Shown here piece after piece: positions 50,511 to 64,000 of a DNA stretch of 64,000 nt. The translations under genes were made by a program, and so were the position numbers. The first letter of the stretch is position 1. The number at the start of each line of letters is the position of its first letter. Below the pieces are notes generated by a model, which saw only the letters and a program-made list of their open reading frames with translations, did not search any database and was not told the DNA's origin. Location of the stretch: assembly GCA_016748015.1 (NCBI GenBank), contig JAAOMT010000786.1, positions 623,814 to 687,813 on the forward strand. The letters are read 5' to 3'. The stretch is from Geosiphon pyriformis uo1 (taxonomy: Eukaryota; Fungi; Glomeromycota).

Positions 50511-51230
50511 TTAAACAATATCTCTAATTTTGTCTGGTAACATAACCTCCTTCTCAAGACTGAGCTCCGTCAAAGTCCAAGTACTGTCTGTAATTTCCAG
50601 ATAATAATCCAAAATTATTGAAGAAATTTGGTCTGAAAATTGTTAAAATTTCAGTTCTGTGAGCTTTCCAATGTATTGAATCTTCAAAGGCTGTAAAATT
50701 GGGTTTTGTAGGACGTTTTCACAGGTATGGAATAGGTTATAAAGTCAAAGAGCAGCTCTTAGTTTATAATAAGTGTTTGTAGATCCAGCTGTTGTCTTGA
50801 ATTCATTGTGGAGTTGTTTTCGAATAGCTTCTTTTGTGAGGTTTGCTGCTGTAAGCTCCTGTTTTTGTTCATGAAGTGTTTTTTCAATGTAGAAATATCT
50901 ATATATTGGAGTATAGTCGTAGTTTTTTTTATTAAGACACAGTTGAAGTTTTTGTTGAATAGTAGCATTCGGTGGAATACTAATAAGAGTGAGCATTAAG
51001 TTTTCTTTTAAAGCAAGCTTTAGAAGTTCTGGCAGGTGAATTCCAGAATAACTTCTTGTGTTTTTCTTATACGGGTGATATTTTTGTGCATTTGGGGCTA
51101 AATTTGTAACTATTTCTGTTTGGGTATAATTAATGTGGTTTCCAGTAACAGTAATAGATAATTCGGGTATTGTTTTTAAAGCTAACATTAGTTTTTAAGA
51201 TAATTGTTAAATGTTTTGAAAAATAGACAT
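50511..51230 (-). pseudogene. ORF3 of element 2b (~239 aa), ends inside the 3' LTR
   Basis: Single 720-nt frame, MSIFQNI..EKEVMLPDKIRDIV*. Confidence 0.82.
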
Positions 51231-51352
51231 TATAAGAGATTTGAAAATAAAAGAAAATTATTTTTGGTGTATGGGTTTTTATGTTATTTTTGTTTTGTTT
51301 TTGTGAGATTGTTTCTAAATTATAATGATATAACTATAATAATAAATTTAAA

Positions 51353-52738
51353 TTAAGTGTTCAAGTTGGGAGGTTGTTCAATGACAACTATTGGTTCTAA
51401 TTTTCAGAAAATATCTTCAAGATTGATTAAAAGGGAATGTGTACCAATTTGTGGAATTAATAGTTCAGGATTGTTTCTGGAATTATAGTGTTTCAAACAA
51501 TCTCCATGTGCAACTTTTGCTAAGATTTTGTTATCAAGTCTTAGCTTGTATGATCCGTTGCCTAGGACTTCATGGATAAAGAATGGTCCATCCCATTTAT
51601 TTTCAAATTTTCCACTCCATTGTTTTTCAGCTTTAATTCTGTGTAAGAGAACTTTGTTTCTAATTTTAAATCCATTGGTAACTGGAGACAATTTGTCATC
51701 ATGCCATTCTTTTTGTTGGGCTTGGGAGTATTTAATATGAGTGGCTGCTATTCGTTGTTTTCCTTCTAACATGCTAAGCAGAGTATAGGCTCTTCATTGT
51801 AGTGTTTTCTGGAAATTGTTTTTATCAATTGGTTGTGTTAGGTATGTTTCCATGGTAAAACTAATTGGTAATGTTGCTGTCTTTCCATAAGTTAAATCAA
51901 ATGATGTGTGTTTTGTGGTATCTTGTTTTAGTGTTCTATATGCCAGTAACACTGATGGAATAAAGAGATCCTATTTTTGCTTAAAATTGGTTGAGACTTT
52001 GGCTAATAATTCACACAATGTCCTGTTGAAACGTTCTACAAGTCCATTTGTTTGTGGATAGTAGGGCGAAGATAATGGTCTCTTGACATTAAATCATCCA
52101 CAAATTTCCTGGATTAAATTGTTCACAAAATGTGTTCCTTGATCAGATAAAAGTTCTATTGGGCATTCATATCTACAAATGATGTCTTTGTAGATAAAGT
52201 TTGCTACTGATTTCGCATCTGCTCATTGAATGGCTCTGGCTTCAGGCCATTTGGTAAGATAGTCTACAGCTACTGCAATATAATGGTTTCCTTGGTTTGT
52301 GATAAAGAGTGGTCTGACTAAATCGATACCAACTCGGTTAAACAGCTGTCCAACTTTGATTGGGTTTAAAGATTCTGTAGGACAAGTTCCTCCTCTTTTT
52401 TGACAACTATCACAAGACTTAACATATTCATGAATGTCTTTTCTCATTTGAGGCCAAAAATAATATGCTAGTGTTCTCTAGGTGGTGCTGTTTTTTCCTA
52501 GGTGTGCTGATGAAGGATCTGAGTGCATGTTATATAAAATAGTTTCTTTTTCATGTTCTTGTATTAATCTGAGCGAATTGTCTGGATTTCTGAAGTTTTG
52601 ATAATAAATACTGTTGTTGTGTAAGAAGTATTGTTTGGCTTGTTGTTGTAACCAATGTTTTTTATTTGAGGACCAATCTGTTGGGATTGTTAATGTCTCC
52701 AGATATTGTTTAAGATTGTTGTAGTTTTTGGGGTTCAT
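51353..52738 (-). pseudogene. Stand-alone integrase ORF of element 2b (~461 aa)
   Basis: 1386-nt single frame from ATG MNPKNY; HHCC, GIDL, YLTKWPEA, WDGPF. Confidence 0.9.
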
Positions 52739-52784
52739 TGTTTGTTGTTTTGTTGTTAATTCAAATGGGTGTTGTTTTTATGTT

Positions 52785-55700
52785 CTAATCTTGCTTCATT
52801 TTTGAAAGACAATCAACATTGGTGTGGAGTTTTCCTGGTTTGTGATGTACAATGTATTGGTAGTTGGCTAAAAATCCTGTTCATCAGATTTGTTTGGCAT
52901 TCAGCTGAGTGTTTTTGTTTTGAAGCCATTTGAGTCCAATATTATCAGTGATAATATCAAATTCTTTGGGTCTGAGGTAAAGGTTGAAGTGATGTAGGAC
53001 CCAGATTACTGCTACAGTTTCTAATTCTGTTGCAGAGTAGTTCTTTTCAGCTGGCTTCAATGTTCTGCTAGCATAAGCAATTACTTGCTCATTTCCATTG
53101 TTATTTAACTGTGATAGAATGGCACCAAAAGCAGTATAAGAGGCATTTGTTGCTAACCAGAATCAGTTGCTGAAATCTGAGTAGACGAGAATTGGAGCTG
53201 TGGTTAGTTTTTCTTTGAGGATTTCAAATGCATTTTGGTGTTCAGCAGTTCATTTATATTCGATGTTTTTGGTGGTAAGCTGGTTGAGAGGTTTTGCAAT
53301 TTCTGAGAATTCTTTGATAAACTTCTAATAATAGGAGGCTAACCCTATGAATTCTCTTAATTCTGTAGTGTTTTGAGGAGTTTTGAAGTTTTTGACAGTG
53401 CTGATTTTTCCAGAGTCTGGTTTGATTTCATCTTTACTAACAACGTGACCAAGAAAGGCCAAGCTTGTTTTTCCAAAGTAGCATTTTTCAATGTTGAGTT
53501 TCAGTCCTGCTTTTCGTAATTATTGAAATACTTCTCACAAGTGTTTTAAGTGTAATTCGAACGATGGAGAATAAACATCAGTATCGTCAAGATAAATGAC
53601 TACTGACTTTCAAAGGAGTTTTTTGTACACAATATCCATTAATCTTTGAAATGTTGCTGGTGCATTGCATAATCCAAAAGACATTACATTGAATTTATAG
53701 TTTCCGCCTTGGGTTGTAAAGGCTGTTTTGGAACAATCTTTGGGATCCATGGCAACTTGCCAGTATCCACTTTCTAGATCTAGTGTTGAAAAGTATTTGG
53801 ATTTTCCAAAGGCATCTAATATGTCATCAATTCGGGGAAGAGGGTAGGCATCTCTCATGGTGATACTGTTGAGTTGTCAATAATCAACACAAAATCGTAT
53901 CTTTCTATTTTTCTTCTTAACTAGGACCACAGATGAGGCCCATAGACTCATTGATGATTGAATAAGCCTATTGTTAAGCATCTGTTGTACTTCTTTTTGA
54001 ATAAATTGGTGACTTTCTGGAGCAACTCAGTAGGCTTGTTGTCACCTTGGTTTGGCATCTCCTGTATAGATTTGGTGTTGAACCAAATCAGTTCTTCCTA
54101 AGTCATTGTTGTTTTCGGCAAAGATATCAGCAAATTCTGCAATTAGCTTTTTAAGCTGGTTTTGTTGTTGTGATTCAAGTTGTTTCATGTTGATTCAAGA
54201 TAGTTTTTCTATAACAACATAGTAGTTTTCAGAGCTGGTGTTTGGGTTGATTTTTGGTAGTAAATGTCCAATAATTTCAGAGAAATCGGGGATTGTTTGG
54301 GGTAATTCTTGTTGAAAGATATTACTGTGAATAACTCCAATTTCTAAGTTATTTAATAAAACTATGGGGAAATTGTTGGGATTGTAAAAAGTAACTTGAA
54401 TTTTCTTTGTTCCTTCTGGAATATAAATGTTTGGGATTGAAATATTATATTCCAAGTAGATTTGTTCATTGAACTCAAAAATTTGTTGTGTAGTTGTTGG
54501 TTTTTCACAAGTGTAAATTTCAGAGTGTTCTCCAAAGGGTAAAATAGTAATTGGTTGTGGAAGTCATAAAATTTGGTGAGATTCTTTCTGTTCATTGAGG
54601 GCTATGTTTACTGGAACTGTGAATTGTTCAGTTGAACCAAAACCTTGGGTTTCTCTTTCACTTTTTCCCAATAGTTCTCTTTGATTGACTAATTGTAAAC
54701 CCGAAATGTTGATTAAGGGTAAATAAATGGCTTGGGCAATTTTCTTGGCATGTTCAATCTTAAACAGCTTGTCAGTTTCGTTTTGGAGTATTACTGTTAT
54801 GTTACCAGTATATCCAGCATCAATTATTTCTCCTCTAACATTGATTCTTTTGCTTGCCAGAGAGAACTGGAAGGCGATTTGAACCATTGCTCTTGGCGGG
54901 ATTTCGAGAGCAATTTTGAGGTTGATTTTTGTGAGAGATTTGGGTTTGAGAACAAAAGTATCCTTGTCTGAATATCTTAGGTCATATCCAGCATCAATTT
55001 CATGTGCTTTTTCAGGTTTTATTCCTTGTCCATTGTTGTTGAAGTATTTGAGTTGTAAGGCAGGCTGGTTTTTAATAAGATAGATGGGTATTGCTTCAAT
55101 TTCTTCTGTTGCTTCAGGTTTTCCAAATTCAATTTCGTTCTTATCATTTTTATTGGGCAAAGAAATGCTAAAAGCATAGCATTTAGGACACTACTGTTCA
55201 TCACAAGACATAATGCATTCTTTACATAGCCTAATGTTCATTTGCTCTAATCATTGAATTTAAGCTTCTTGGGTTGGGTAGGTGTAACTTGCAATTTGGT
55301 GGTAGACTTCTACTTTATCTTCATAATTGAATCCAGCTAATTCTATGATGTATTCAATGTATTCTGCTTTTTTTATTTGACAGACATCTTCTTTAGTAAC
55401 TCCATTAATTAATGCTATTGCTAGGTCGAAAATCATCTCTGTATCATGGGGGTAGTAATAAAGTTTGTTGAGAGCACTGTTGTATGCCACATTAAAGGGT
55501 GTTCTTCTTTTTACTTTTTCTGAAATTGATAAAGCATATTGGCAGGTCTGATTGTAGACTCCTCCTCTCATTGCTATATCAATCCAATTGCATTCTTCTG
55601 GTAGCATATCTCCACAAATCAAACAAGAAGTGTTATCCCATTTTCTGCTTCTTTTTATTAGATGGCCTCATTGTTCTCTATGGCAAGCCTTGCAGTAATA

Positions 55701-58444
55701 ACGAGTATGATTTTCATATTCTTCTTCAGGTGAAATGCAGGCTCCCATTGAGGAGAGTTTCTTGTGGCAGTCCTTGCATTTGAGTGGAATGTAGGGGCAT
55801 TGTTTTCATGGTTCTGGTTTTGAATAGGGGACATTCCATCTAGTTGTTACTGGTTCTTTTGTTTCAAGAGAATCATTTGTTGAAAAGTACTGTTGTTCAG
55901 TTTCATTGGCCCAATTGGAGGTTGATTTAAGTGCCATAAATGTTTTAATGATGGGCTTTTCTTCTTCCAGTTTGAATTCAAAAGCTGGGGCTTTTTCGGA
56001 GCGTTTGTTGAATGTATCACAAATGGCAAGTATCTGGGCGTTTTGTTCTTGGTAGGAGATTGTTAACTCTTGTGTCTTCCAATTCAAATTAGCATTGGCT
56101 TTTTGAAGCCAATCATTTCTGACAAGAGCTTGGTACTGGGGCACGTCCATTATAAGAACTTTGACTGGAATGGTAATTCCATCAAGAGTGAATGAAAAAT
56201 TGTCAATTTCTCTTACTGGAGTCTTTTTCATACCATTGGCAATAACAATTACTGTTTGAGCTGGTCAGTTGACATTTCTTTTTAACTGTTGCATTAACTG
56301 GTAGGTGATGATGCTTCCAGCAGATCCACTGTCTAGGATCAAGTGAATTGTCTTTCCTTCGACTTCTGCTTCAGTGTACATAACATTGCTTTTTGTTCAT
56401 TGGTGGCTGCATTACTAAGCAGAAATGGTAACTCATTTGCTTCAAACTCAAAAGAGAATATGTCTGAAAGGTTGGTGTTTTTAGCAATTCTGGCTGGTGG
56501 GATTGTGGTAGGAGTATAGAAAGGATTTTGTTGTTGTGCTGCAGCTCTACCTTCCGAGAGTGCAGTATGGTGAAAATCCTGTTCTTCAGATATTGTAAGA
56601 TAGCTAGGTTGAGTATAATAATGGGTGGGTCTTGGCTGAGCTGGATTTCAGGGAACTAATTGGTTATTCAAATTGATTCTATTGTTGTTTACTTGGTATC
56701 AGTTTTGTGATGTAAATTGATTTTGCAGAATTAATTTTCGAGCAGGCACTTGATAATGTTGTGTGGATGGTTGTTGGTATTGCTGTTGAATTGGCTGTAG
56801 GGCAGACTAATAATAGTTACTTTGATATTGGGGTCTTGGTAGATAGTAAGCTGGTGGTGGTAGTTGATAATAAGATTGCTGTGGTGGAGGGTAATGTTGA
56901 TTACTCCTATTTTGTTGGTTTCGTTATAGCTTTTTACAATCTCTTTTCCAGTGGCCAGAAATTTTACAGTAATGACAACTCTGAAACTGGTTATTAGAGG
57001 ATGATGTGAAGTTGTTTTGATTCCGTCTTTGGAGTGGTTAATATTTTTGGGGTTGCTGTTGTTGTTGGTTGGTGAAATAGTTTTCGACTTTCTTTGCGAG
57101 TTGGTCAATTTTCTCTTCAGCTGCTGAGCTGGTTTCTTCAATGGCTAAGTTTATGAGTTTTGTACAATTGGCTTCTTCTATGGCCATTTCATATCTCTTT
57201 GCATGCTGAATGGCAGAGTTTAAATCTTCTGGGGCATGTGGGCAAACCTTTTTAATCAGTTTATCCTTTAAACCAGTGATAAATTGATCCAAGATTTGAG
57301 CATCAGAATAATAATCATTAGTTTCAAGTTGGCAAATTTGTCTGAGAAGTTTGTTGAATTTCCCAATATAAGTCATAACAGATTTGGAGGGTTCTTGTTT
57401 GATATTGTGAAAATAATTTTGAAGAGTGATTGAGGTGTTGTTATCAGTAAATTGTTCTAAGAAGGCAGTTTTAAAAGCTGTCCAGTCATTAAAAAGGGTG
57501 GTCAAGTTTTCAAACTATTTGCCTGCTGTTCCTTTGAGAAAGTAGAGAATTGTTCTTAACATTCTGACAGCATTCCATCAATTTGCATTTCCAGCTTTAG
57601 TAACTTGGTCAAGCCATTCTTGGGGACTGGTCTCAATGTCTTTTCTATTGAATTCAGGGATTTTTGCGATGTATGCTGTCATTTTATCTTCTTTGTTTTC
57701 ACTGTTTATTGATTCTTTTTCAAATATTTCAGAGTTGTTTTCTTCATTCGCTGCTGTCTCAAAGTGTTCACTTCAATTTTCAGCTAGAAAGTCAAGGAGA
57801 TTGGAACTAGTTTGAAGGGGTTCTTGTTGTCTGGTGGGACTTCTGGGTGATGTAAAATCTTCTAGTCTTGCAAATCAATTTAAGGGTGAATTAGGTGTTT
57901 GTGCTTGTGCAAGTAAAGCTGGAAAAAGTGTGATAGTAAGTGGAAGTTTTGAACTGGTTCCTTGTTCAGGTGTTTGTAAGTGTTTGGCAGTTGTTTTTGG
58001 TAGTATTGGGGTATTTGAGGTGGTTTTTGAGTATTGCTTCAATTTTTGTTTGCCTTTGTTGCTTGTTTCTGTCCCTGATTCAAAATCAATAGAGTATTGA
58101 GACTGCACTGGATATGTTTCTTTACAGTACTTAATAATGTTAAAATTTAGTTCTTGAAAGTAAGTGGCAAGTGTTTCACTGTTAAGGTCTTCAGTTTTCA
58201 ACTGTGAATAGTGTACTAAATTATTGTAAAGGTTGCTTCTAACTTCTGAGATATTGTAATTTCCAAAAAGATATTTGTTAATGCGGTTTTCAATGTATTG
58301 ATATACTGATTTTTTGACAACTTCAATTCCGTCTGGAATGTTGAATCTTTGCTTGCAGTGGGTGTAAATTGATTGGTAATACTCTAGAGTTGTTGCATCT
58401 AGTGTGGTCACCACTTTGAAGTTGTTTTGCTGTGTTGTTTCCAT
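52785..58444 (-). pseudogene. Gag-PR-Cys domain-dUTPase-RT-RH polyprotein of element 2b
   Basis: MTAYIAKIPEF capsid start, LILDSGSAGSII, DAGYDL..IIDAGYTG..RETQGFGST, DAYPLPRIDD, YLDD. One 4-bp deletion at ~56385. Confidence 0.92.
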
Positions 58445-59769
58445 GGAAGAACATCAAATGTTACCAGAGGTTTTTGGTCTCTTCTTAGCTCTTGTATGTT
58501 TGTTGTAATGCTGTTAATTCACGATTATGGGAAGTGTTTGAACCTCCGATAACTGAATTTATCTTCAAATTATCTCCTATAATTTGAACTGCTGGGCTTA
58601 TAAGTTGAATGGCCAATTCCATGCCAGTTACTTTGTATAATTACGTTGTAGTAAATGTCAACTCTTTCCCAGAAATTGCTTGTCTAGAAGCTTACTAAAA
58701 ATATGTAGTTACTTTGCTGTGAAAGTCAACTCTTCTACAGGAATTCTTGTCTGTAGGCTACCCAAATAATTTATAATAAGAAAAAAAAGAGAATAAAAGA
58801 AATGTAAAAGAAAAAGTAAAACTTGATGATTTATAGAAGTTATTTCAGATTCAGGCCTGGAAGTACTTTAACAGTCTACTGAAATTGGTAGCTAATCAAT
58901 TTTAAACTGTTAGTAGGAATTGGTTAATTTCAAGAGAAATAATTTAAAAATTTGGCTTTTCGAATTTATTTGATATTTATTTTGTTTTTGTGTGTAAAGG
59001 ATGATTCTAATTATTAAATCTGAAGTAAGATACATTTTCTTGAAGAGAGAAGCTCTTCTTTTATACAACTTGTCATAATACTATTCTATGAACTTGAACT
59101 TTGCTTTTTTTTACAATTTCGCTGAACTAAAGATACATTTCGGCAAACTACAAGTTATTTCTGCAAACTATTAGATATTTTGGTAAACTATCAATTATTT
59201 CAGCGAATTTCTACAAATTTTGGCGAACTTTTGAATGTTATATATTTCGGGGTATTGCATGATTGATTATCGCGTTTAGGTTACATTTGTGTTATGTATA
59301 AATTGAGTTATTAATTAAATGATAATTTTGGACATTTTGCTAATGTAATAAGTGATAATTTGAAACGATAATATATGCTAATTAATAATAAGATTTATAA
59401 GGGTAATTTCATGCTAAACAATATCTCTAATTTTGTCTGATAACATCAGTTTGAGTTTGGCATTAAACTTTTTTGACAAGTTTAAGTTTGGTTCAAGTCT
59501 GGTTTAAAGTTTACAAACTTATTCAAGTTTGATGGAATTAAAAAAATATAACTTGTACTATTTGTTTATTAATTATTACTTTATTTAATTATTATGATTA
59601 GTTAAAGAGATGTATAAAATTATGTATGTATAATAATTTTACTTTTCAACTTATCAAAATAAATTTATTTTTGGCATTATCTAATGTTATCAAAGATTTA
59701 AAATTCAAAATAACAGAATTTAATAATTCAAATAGTCCAAATATTAATATATTTGGTAAATGTAGTTTT

Positions 59770-62525
59770 CAAAGTAAAGTATAAAACTATTTTAATTAGT
59801 TTAAGTGGGCAAAAAAAAACAGCTAAATATATGGTTTCAAAATGTGTGCATAAACCATTTTCTTGTAAGATTATGAATATTACCAAATTTTTATGGTATT
59901 AATTAGAGACTTTTTACTAGACAATATATGTTATAATAGAAAAATATTATAAGAAAAGACAAAATGTTCAAAAAAATTGTAAGTCAATTAAAGAAATGTT
60001 TTAATGAATAAGATTGCTATTTTTTTTTAATTTTTAACCAATTTAATTAGAAAACTGTTCTAGCCTTCTATAATAACTGTTATTGATGTTAATAATAAAA
60101 AACTTTATAACATAATTATTATTTGGTTTATTAACTATCAGCAATCACTTTTTATAGTAGAAGACTCTAAATTAATTGAAATATTTCAATATTTAAATCC
60201 TACTTTTCAAACTGTTTGTGTTGATACAATTAAAAATAAAGTTATAGAACTTTATGTTATAGGTAGACAAAAATTAAAAATAAGCATTATTTTTATTATG
60301 AAATATTTTTTTTTTTTACTTATATTTATAATATGATAGGCATACTTAGATATTATTAAGTTCAAAATTTCTTTTATATCAAATTTCTAAACATTTCCCA
60401 ATAACAAAGTTTTTGTTTCTATTACTGTTTATTATATTAATGACAATTGAAATTTTTAACAAACAATAATTGATTTTAGATTAATAAGTAAATAATATAA
60501 TAGAATAAACATTGTGAATAGATTTTTTAAAGTATTAAAAGATTATAGAATTATATCAAAAATTCATATATATATTCTTACATAAATTTGGATTAGTCAA
60601 TGGCTAATAATAAAATTAGCATATCATGCAACATATTAGTATTATCTGAAACTTAAAGTTACTATAATGTCCATATTATCAAAAATTGCATTTTCTTAAT
60701 ATTGGTTTAAGTTGGTTTTTATTATTGTCCTAAAGCTGAATTTTCAACATTAGTATTATCTAAGGTTTAAAGTTACTACAGTGCTTATATTATTGAAAAT
60801 TATGTTTTTTTAATATTGGTTTAAGTTGGTTTTTATTATTGTTCCAAAGCTCAATTTTTTATATTAGCATTATCTTAGGCTCAAAATTAATACAATGCTT
60901 ATATTATCAAAAACTATTAATATTAATTTATATGATTTTTATTATTGTTTTAAGTCGAATTTTTAGCCAAAAAGATTAAAAAAGAAGTTTAAGAAAAAGT
61001 TATATTTATCCTCTTTTTATACAAGTTTACTATTAATTTTATTGTTTATAACTTAATTTTTTTTTAACAGCTTCTTACTATTATCTTTAATAATACTACA
61101 AATAATAATACTTTTATAAAAGAGTTAACAAGAAAATTAAAAAAAGAAAATATTCAATAGAATTTAAAGAATCTTTGATTTTGATACTTTGATCATATTT
61201 TAAATTTAGCAGTATAAACAACTATAAGTGAAATAAAAAATAATGTTTTCAAGATATTTGTTAAAAATCCAAACCAAATATATTTACTTAAAATTTTTTT
61301 AATGTAAATTTTATATAAATTAAAAATTAAGAAACTTAATTCTGCAATTCATATTTTGTTCTAATGTTTTGGACTTCTTAAATATGTCTATAATATATGT
61401 TAAATTAAATACTGTAAATATATTTTGAATTGTCCCATCTTATAAAATTCTATTTATAACATAGTCAGGAATAAATTATCTCTTAAATTAACAAGTTATT
61501 TATTTTTGATTTTATATATTTTGAATACAAAAATTTTAATTGTAAATTTATAAATATTAAACACTTTTACTAACACTTATATTGATCTTTATTAATATGT
61601 TATTTTACATAATTAGTAAGCTGTCTTTAATAAAATTGCTAAATTCCTTAAACTATTTAAGAATATTATAATTAAAATATTAATCAGTTTAAATAATACT
61701 GCTTCTTTAATTATTTACTTCTTTAATATTATTTTTAATTACATCAAAGACATAATTAATAATAATGAATCTAATAAAGCATTATAATCTTAATTGTATT
61801 TATTTAGTTATTTATTTAACATATTTAATATTAAATCTATTACTTGTTATAACAGTTAAGATAGTAAAAGGAAAGTTGGTTGAATATTACTCTAAAACAA
61901 ATACAACTATAATACTCTGTACTGTATTGAATTCAAAAAAAATTCTATTATTTCACCAAAAAAAAATTTTGAATGATAATATTAATAAAATAAAAAAATT
62001 ATAAGTTATTAATTTATTCAAATGGTTTTATTTTCCAACTTTTACATAATAAATAAATTTTTAAAATACATACTTTTTTTGAAATGAAGTATATATTAAA
62101 CATTATACTAACATTAAAATGACAGTTTTTGTTGAATAGCAATTTTAATAATACTATAATATTAGTTACATAATCTATATTAAAAGTAGACTTTAATAAT
62201 AATAATAAAAAAGAACTTAATAAAATTGATCATTATATTTTTAAAAAAATGGCCAATAGAAAAATAAATGTAATGATATAGTGGAAGGTATATTACAAAA
62301 AATATTTATCTAAATTAATATGTTATTAATAATTTAATATTTAGGCACATTAAACACAATTTTTTTGTTTTGCATATAGGATTTGTAATTATTTGGCAAT
62401 TTAAAAATTATCTGTTGTTTTTGAATATGTCTTTTCTGCAAATAAAAATATAATTACAAATATAAAATTTTGCTTAATATCTAAAACTATAAGAGCAATA
62501 CAGTGTTTTTAATCATAAATATAAA
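59770..62525 (+). pseudogene. hAT (Ac/ZBED-like) transposase with spliceosomal introns, decayed
   Basis: BED-finger remnant (KV*NYF..TAKY..KC..LWY); IVEDSKLIEIFQYLNP; KISFISNF*T (decayed DxWT); IIFNNTTNN (decayed DNA.NN); RYFDHILNLAV (decayed CxxH); dimerisation domain *WK..NYLAI..SV..VFS..KTIRAIQC. Confidence 0.82.
60636..60965. repeat. 114-bp tandem repeat x~3 in a putative transposase intron
   Basis: Units start TTAG(T/C)ATTATCT at 60636, 60750 and 60864. Confidence 0.88.
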
Positions 62526-64000
62526 GACTATTGAAAAAAAAATTAAATAATAATATAGTATAATATAATGTTTTTAATAGTTGAATTTAAACATGTTTAT
62601 AAATTTTAAACTAAACTTGAACCAGAATTGTTGTATGTGTTTAAATTTAGTTTAAGTTTAATAATTTTAAGTCTAATTCAGTATAAATTTGAAATTTTGC
62701 CAAATTTTTTGTTTAAGTTTGGTTTAGTTTAGTGGTTCAATTAAACTTAAACCAAATTAGACTAAACATTGGAATTTTAGTCTGGTTTTATTAGACTTAA
62801 GTTGGTTTTTAAAGACAATATTAAGTTGTTTTATATAAATTTTGGTTTTATAACTTCTTTAATTATAGTTATTAAAGTTTTTATTAGTGGTTTTTTTTTA
62901 ATTATACTTAAGATTATAAAATCTTTTGTAATAGTTTCTGGCTTTTTTATTTTATAATATCCTAATTGATACATCTTTTAATAACATTAAAAATGCTTTT
63001 GGTATTTTTGGTGCTATTATTTTTATTAAATTAAAGTCTGTTGATTTGTAGCAATATGCTATTGTTAATTTTAAGAACTTTTTTCTGCTGTTGTTGTTTT
63101 TAGTAACTGGTTTGTATTAGTAAAAAAACAGTATTTGGATTTTTTTTTTTCTTAATTAAAAAAAATTATAAAATTTTTTTTAAAGCCAAATTGGTTAATT
63201 TTTTTTTCAGTTATACTATTTTTGAAATCAGTAATATAATTTTTTAGATTGGTAGTCATACTTGTTTTATTTCTTGTTTTCTGAATTTTTATTATTATTA
63301 ATATTTTGCTGTTGTTATTTTTAAGTCTTATAAAATATTAAAGTTTGTTATAGTAAAAACTAGTACTTTGTACAAATATTATATTTAATAAAAAATTTTT
63401 AGATACTAATACTATTATAGATATTAAAGTTTAAACTAATTGTCTGTTAATTATAAGATGTTTTCATTTTTTTTTTCTAAGTTGTCTTTTAAGTTTGTTG
63501 TTGGCTCTTAGTTTTTTGTATTATTTGTTGTTAATAATAAATTTTATACTATGGTTTTTGTCTCTCTGATTTTTTTTGTTGCTTTTTTGGCTGTTTCTGT
63601 TGTTAATTTTGTTATCAAGTTTAAATTAAATTTATTGAAATTTCAAATCTTAAGCTTAACTGCTTTGATAAAGTTTATTATTAAATCTATTGGTTTTTTG
63701 ATTGCTTTAATAACTTTTTTTGTGTTTGAAAATATGCATAAAAATTACAAAATCGAGAAAAATTTGCTTATTGTACTTAATACTTTTTAAAGCTTTGTTT
63801 CTTTTTTGGTTAATGTATTTAAAAACTTTGTTAATCTTAAAATTAAAGTTGAATTTAATAATATAAACAATAATTTAAGTGCTGTTAAAGCATGTTTTTT
63901 AAGTAAAAAACATGTAATTATATGATTATTTTGTGATAAATATGTAGTTTTAAAGTTAAAGATAGTATTAAGCAAATTAAACTGTTTTTAAGTGAGTTTA

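Larger units (their letters stand above)
49556..59445 (-). mobile_element. Complete Ty3/Gypsy element 2b (family 2), 9.9 kb
   Basis: 987-bp LTRs at 49556-50542 and 58459-59445. TSD TCAG at 49552-49555 and 59446-59449. PPT GAGAAGGAGGTTA; decayed PBS at 58442-58456. Confidence 0.96.
49455..62790 (+). mobile_element. Decayed hAT DNA transposon interrupted by element 2b; ends approximate
   Basis: Transposase remnants at 59770-62525. Clustered (T/C)GAAC/GTTCA-type subterminal repeats at 49455-49555, 59450-59530 and 62580-62790. Confidence 0.75.

Noticed and set aside
50511-51230. ORF3 as an envelope gene
   Set aside because: It is short and hydrophilic, with no signal peptide, furin site plus fusion peptide, or transmembrane helix.
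51231-51275. Splice acceptor before ORF3
   Set aside because: A pyrimidine tract is present in 2a and 2b, but both have CAA rather than CAG after it, and family 1 lacks the tract. Unsupported without RNA data.
61765-63975. Short ORFs rich in K/I/L/N/F as host genes
   Set aside because: They are chance frames in extremely AT-rich decayed DNA and show no motifs.

Overview
This is an AT-rich eukaryotic window made almost entirely of decayed, nested transposable elements. No intact host gene, RNA gene or CRISPR array is recognisable. The element families and composition suggest a fungal genome, possibly Glomeromycotina-like, but that is inference only. Positions 1-18.5 kb hold five copies of one LINE family (ORF1 with RRM and CCHC; ORF2 with APE-RT-RNaseH-zinc finger). 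One copy is full length and has a 17-bp target-site duplication (10164-16997). Positions 18.5-49.4 kb form a four-level nest: LINE D, then a solo LTR inserted in it, then Ty3/Gypsy element 1a (minus), then Ty3/Gypsy elements 1b (plus) and 2a (minus). Positions 49.45-62.8 kb hold an intron-containing hAT transposon interrupted by a fourth Ty3/Gypsy element (2b). The four LTR elements belong to two divergent families yet share an unusual layout. An AUG-free 5' extension leads into one long Gag-PR-(Cys-rich domain)-dUTPase-RT-RNaseH frame. A conserved stop and an A/C-rich spacer follow, then integrase as a separate ORF with its own ATG, then a conserved non-env ORF3. All repeats show pervasive C>T/G>A hypermutation, mostly outside CpG in the LTR pair I counted. 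All alignments and counts were done by eye.
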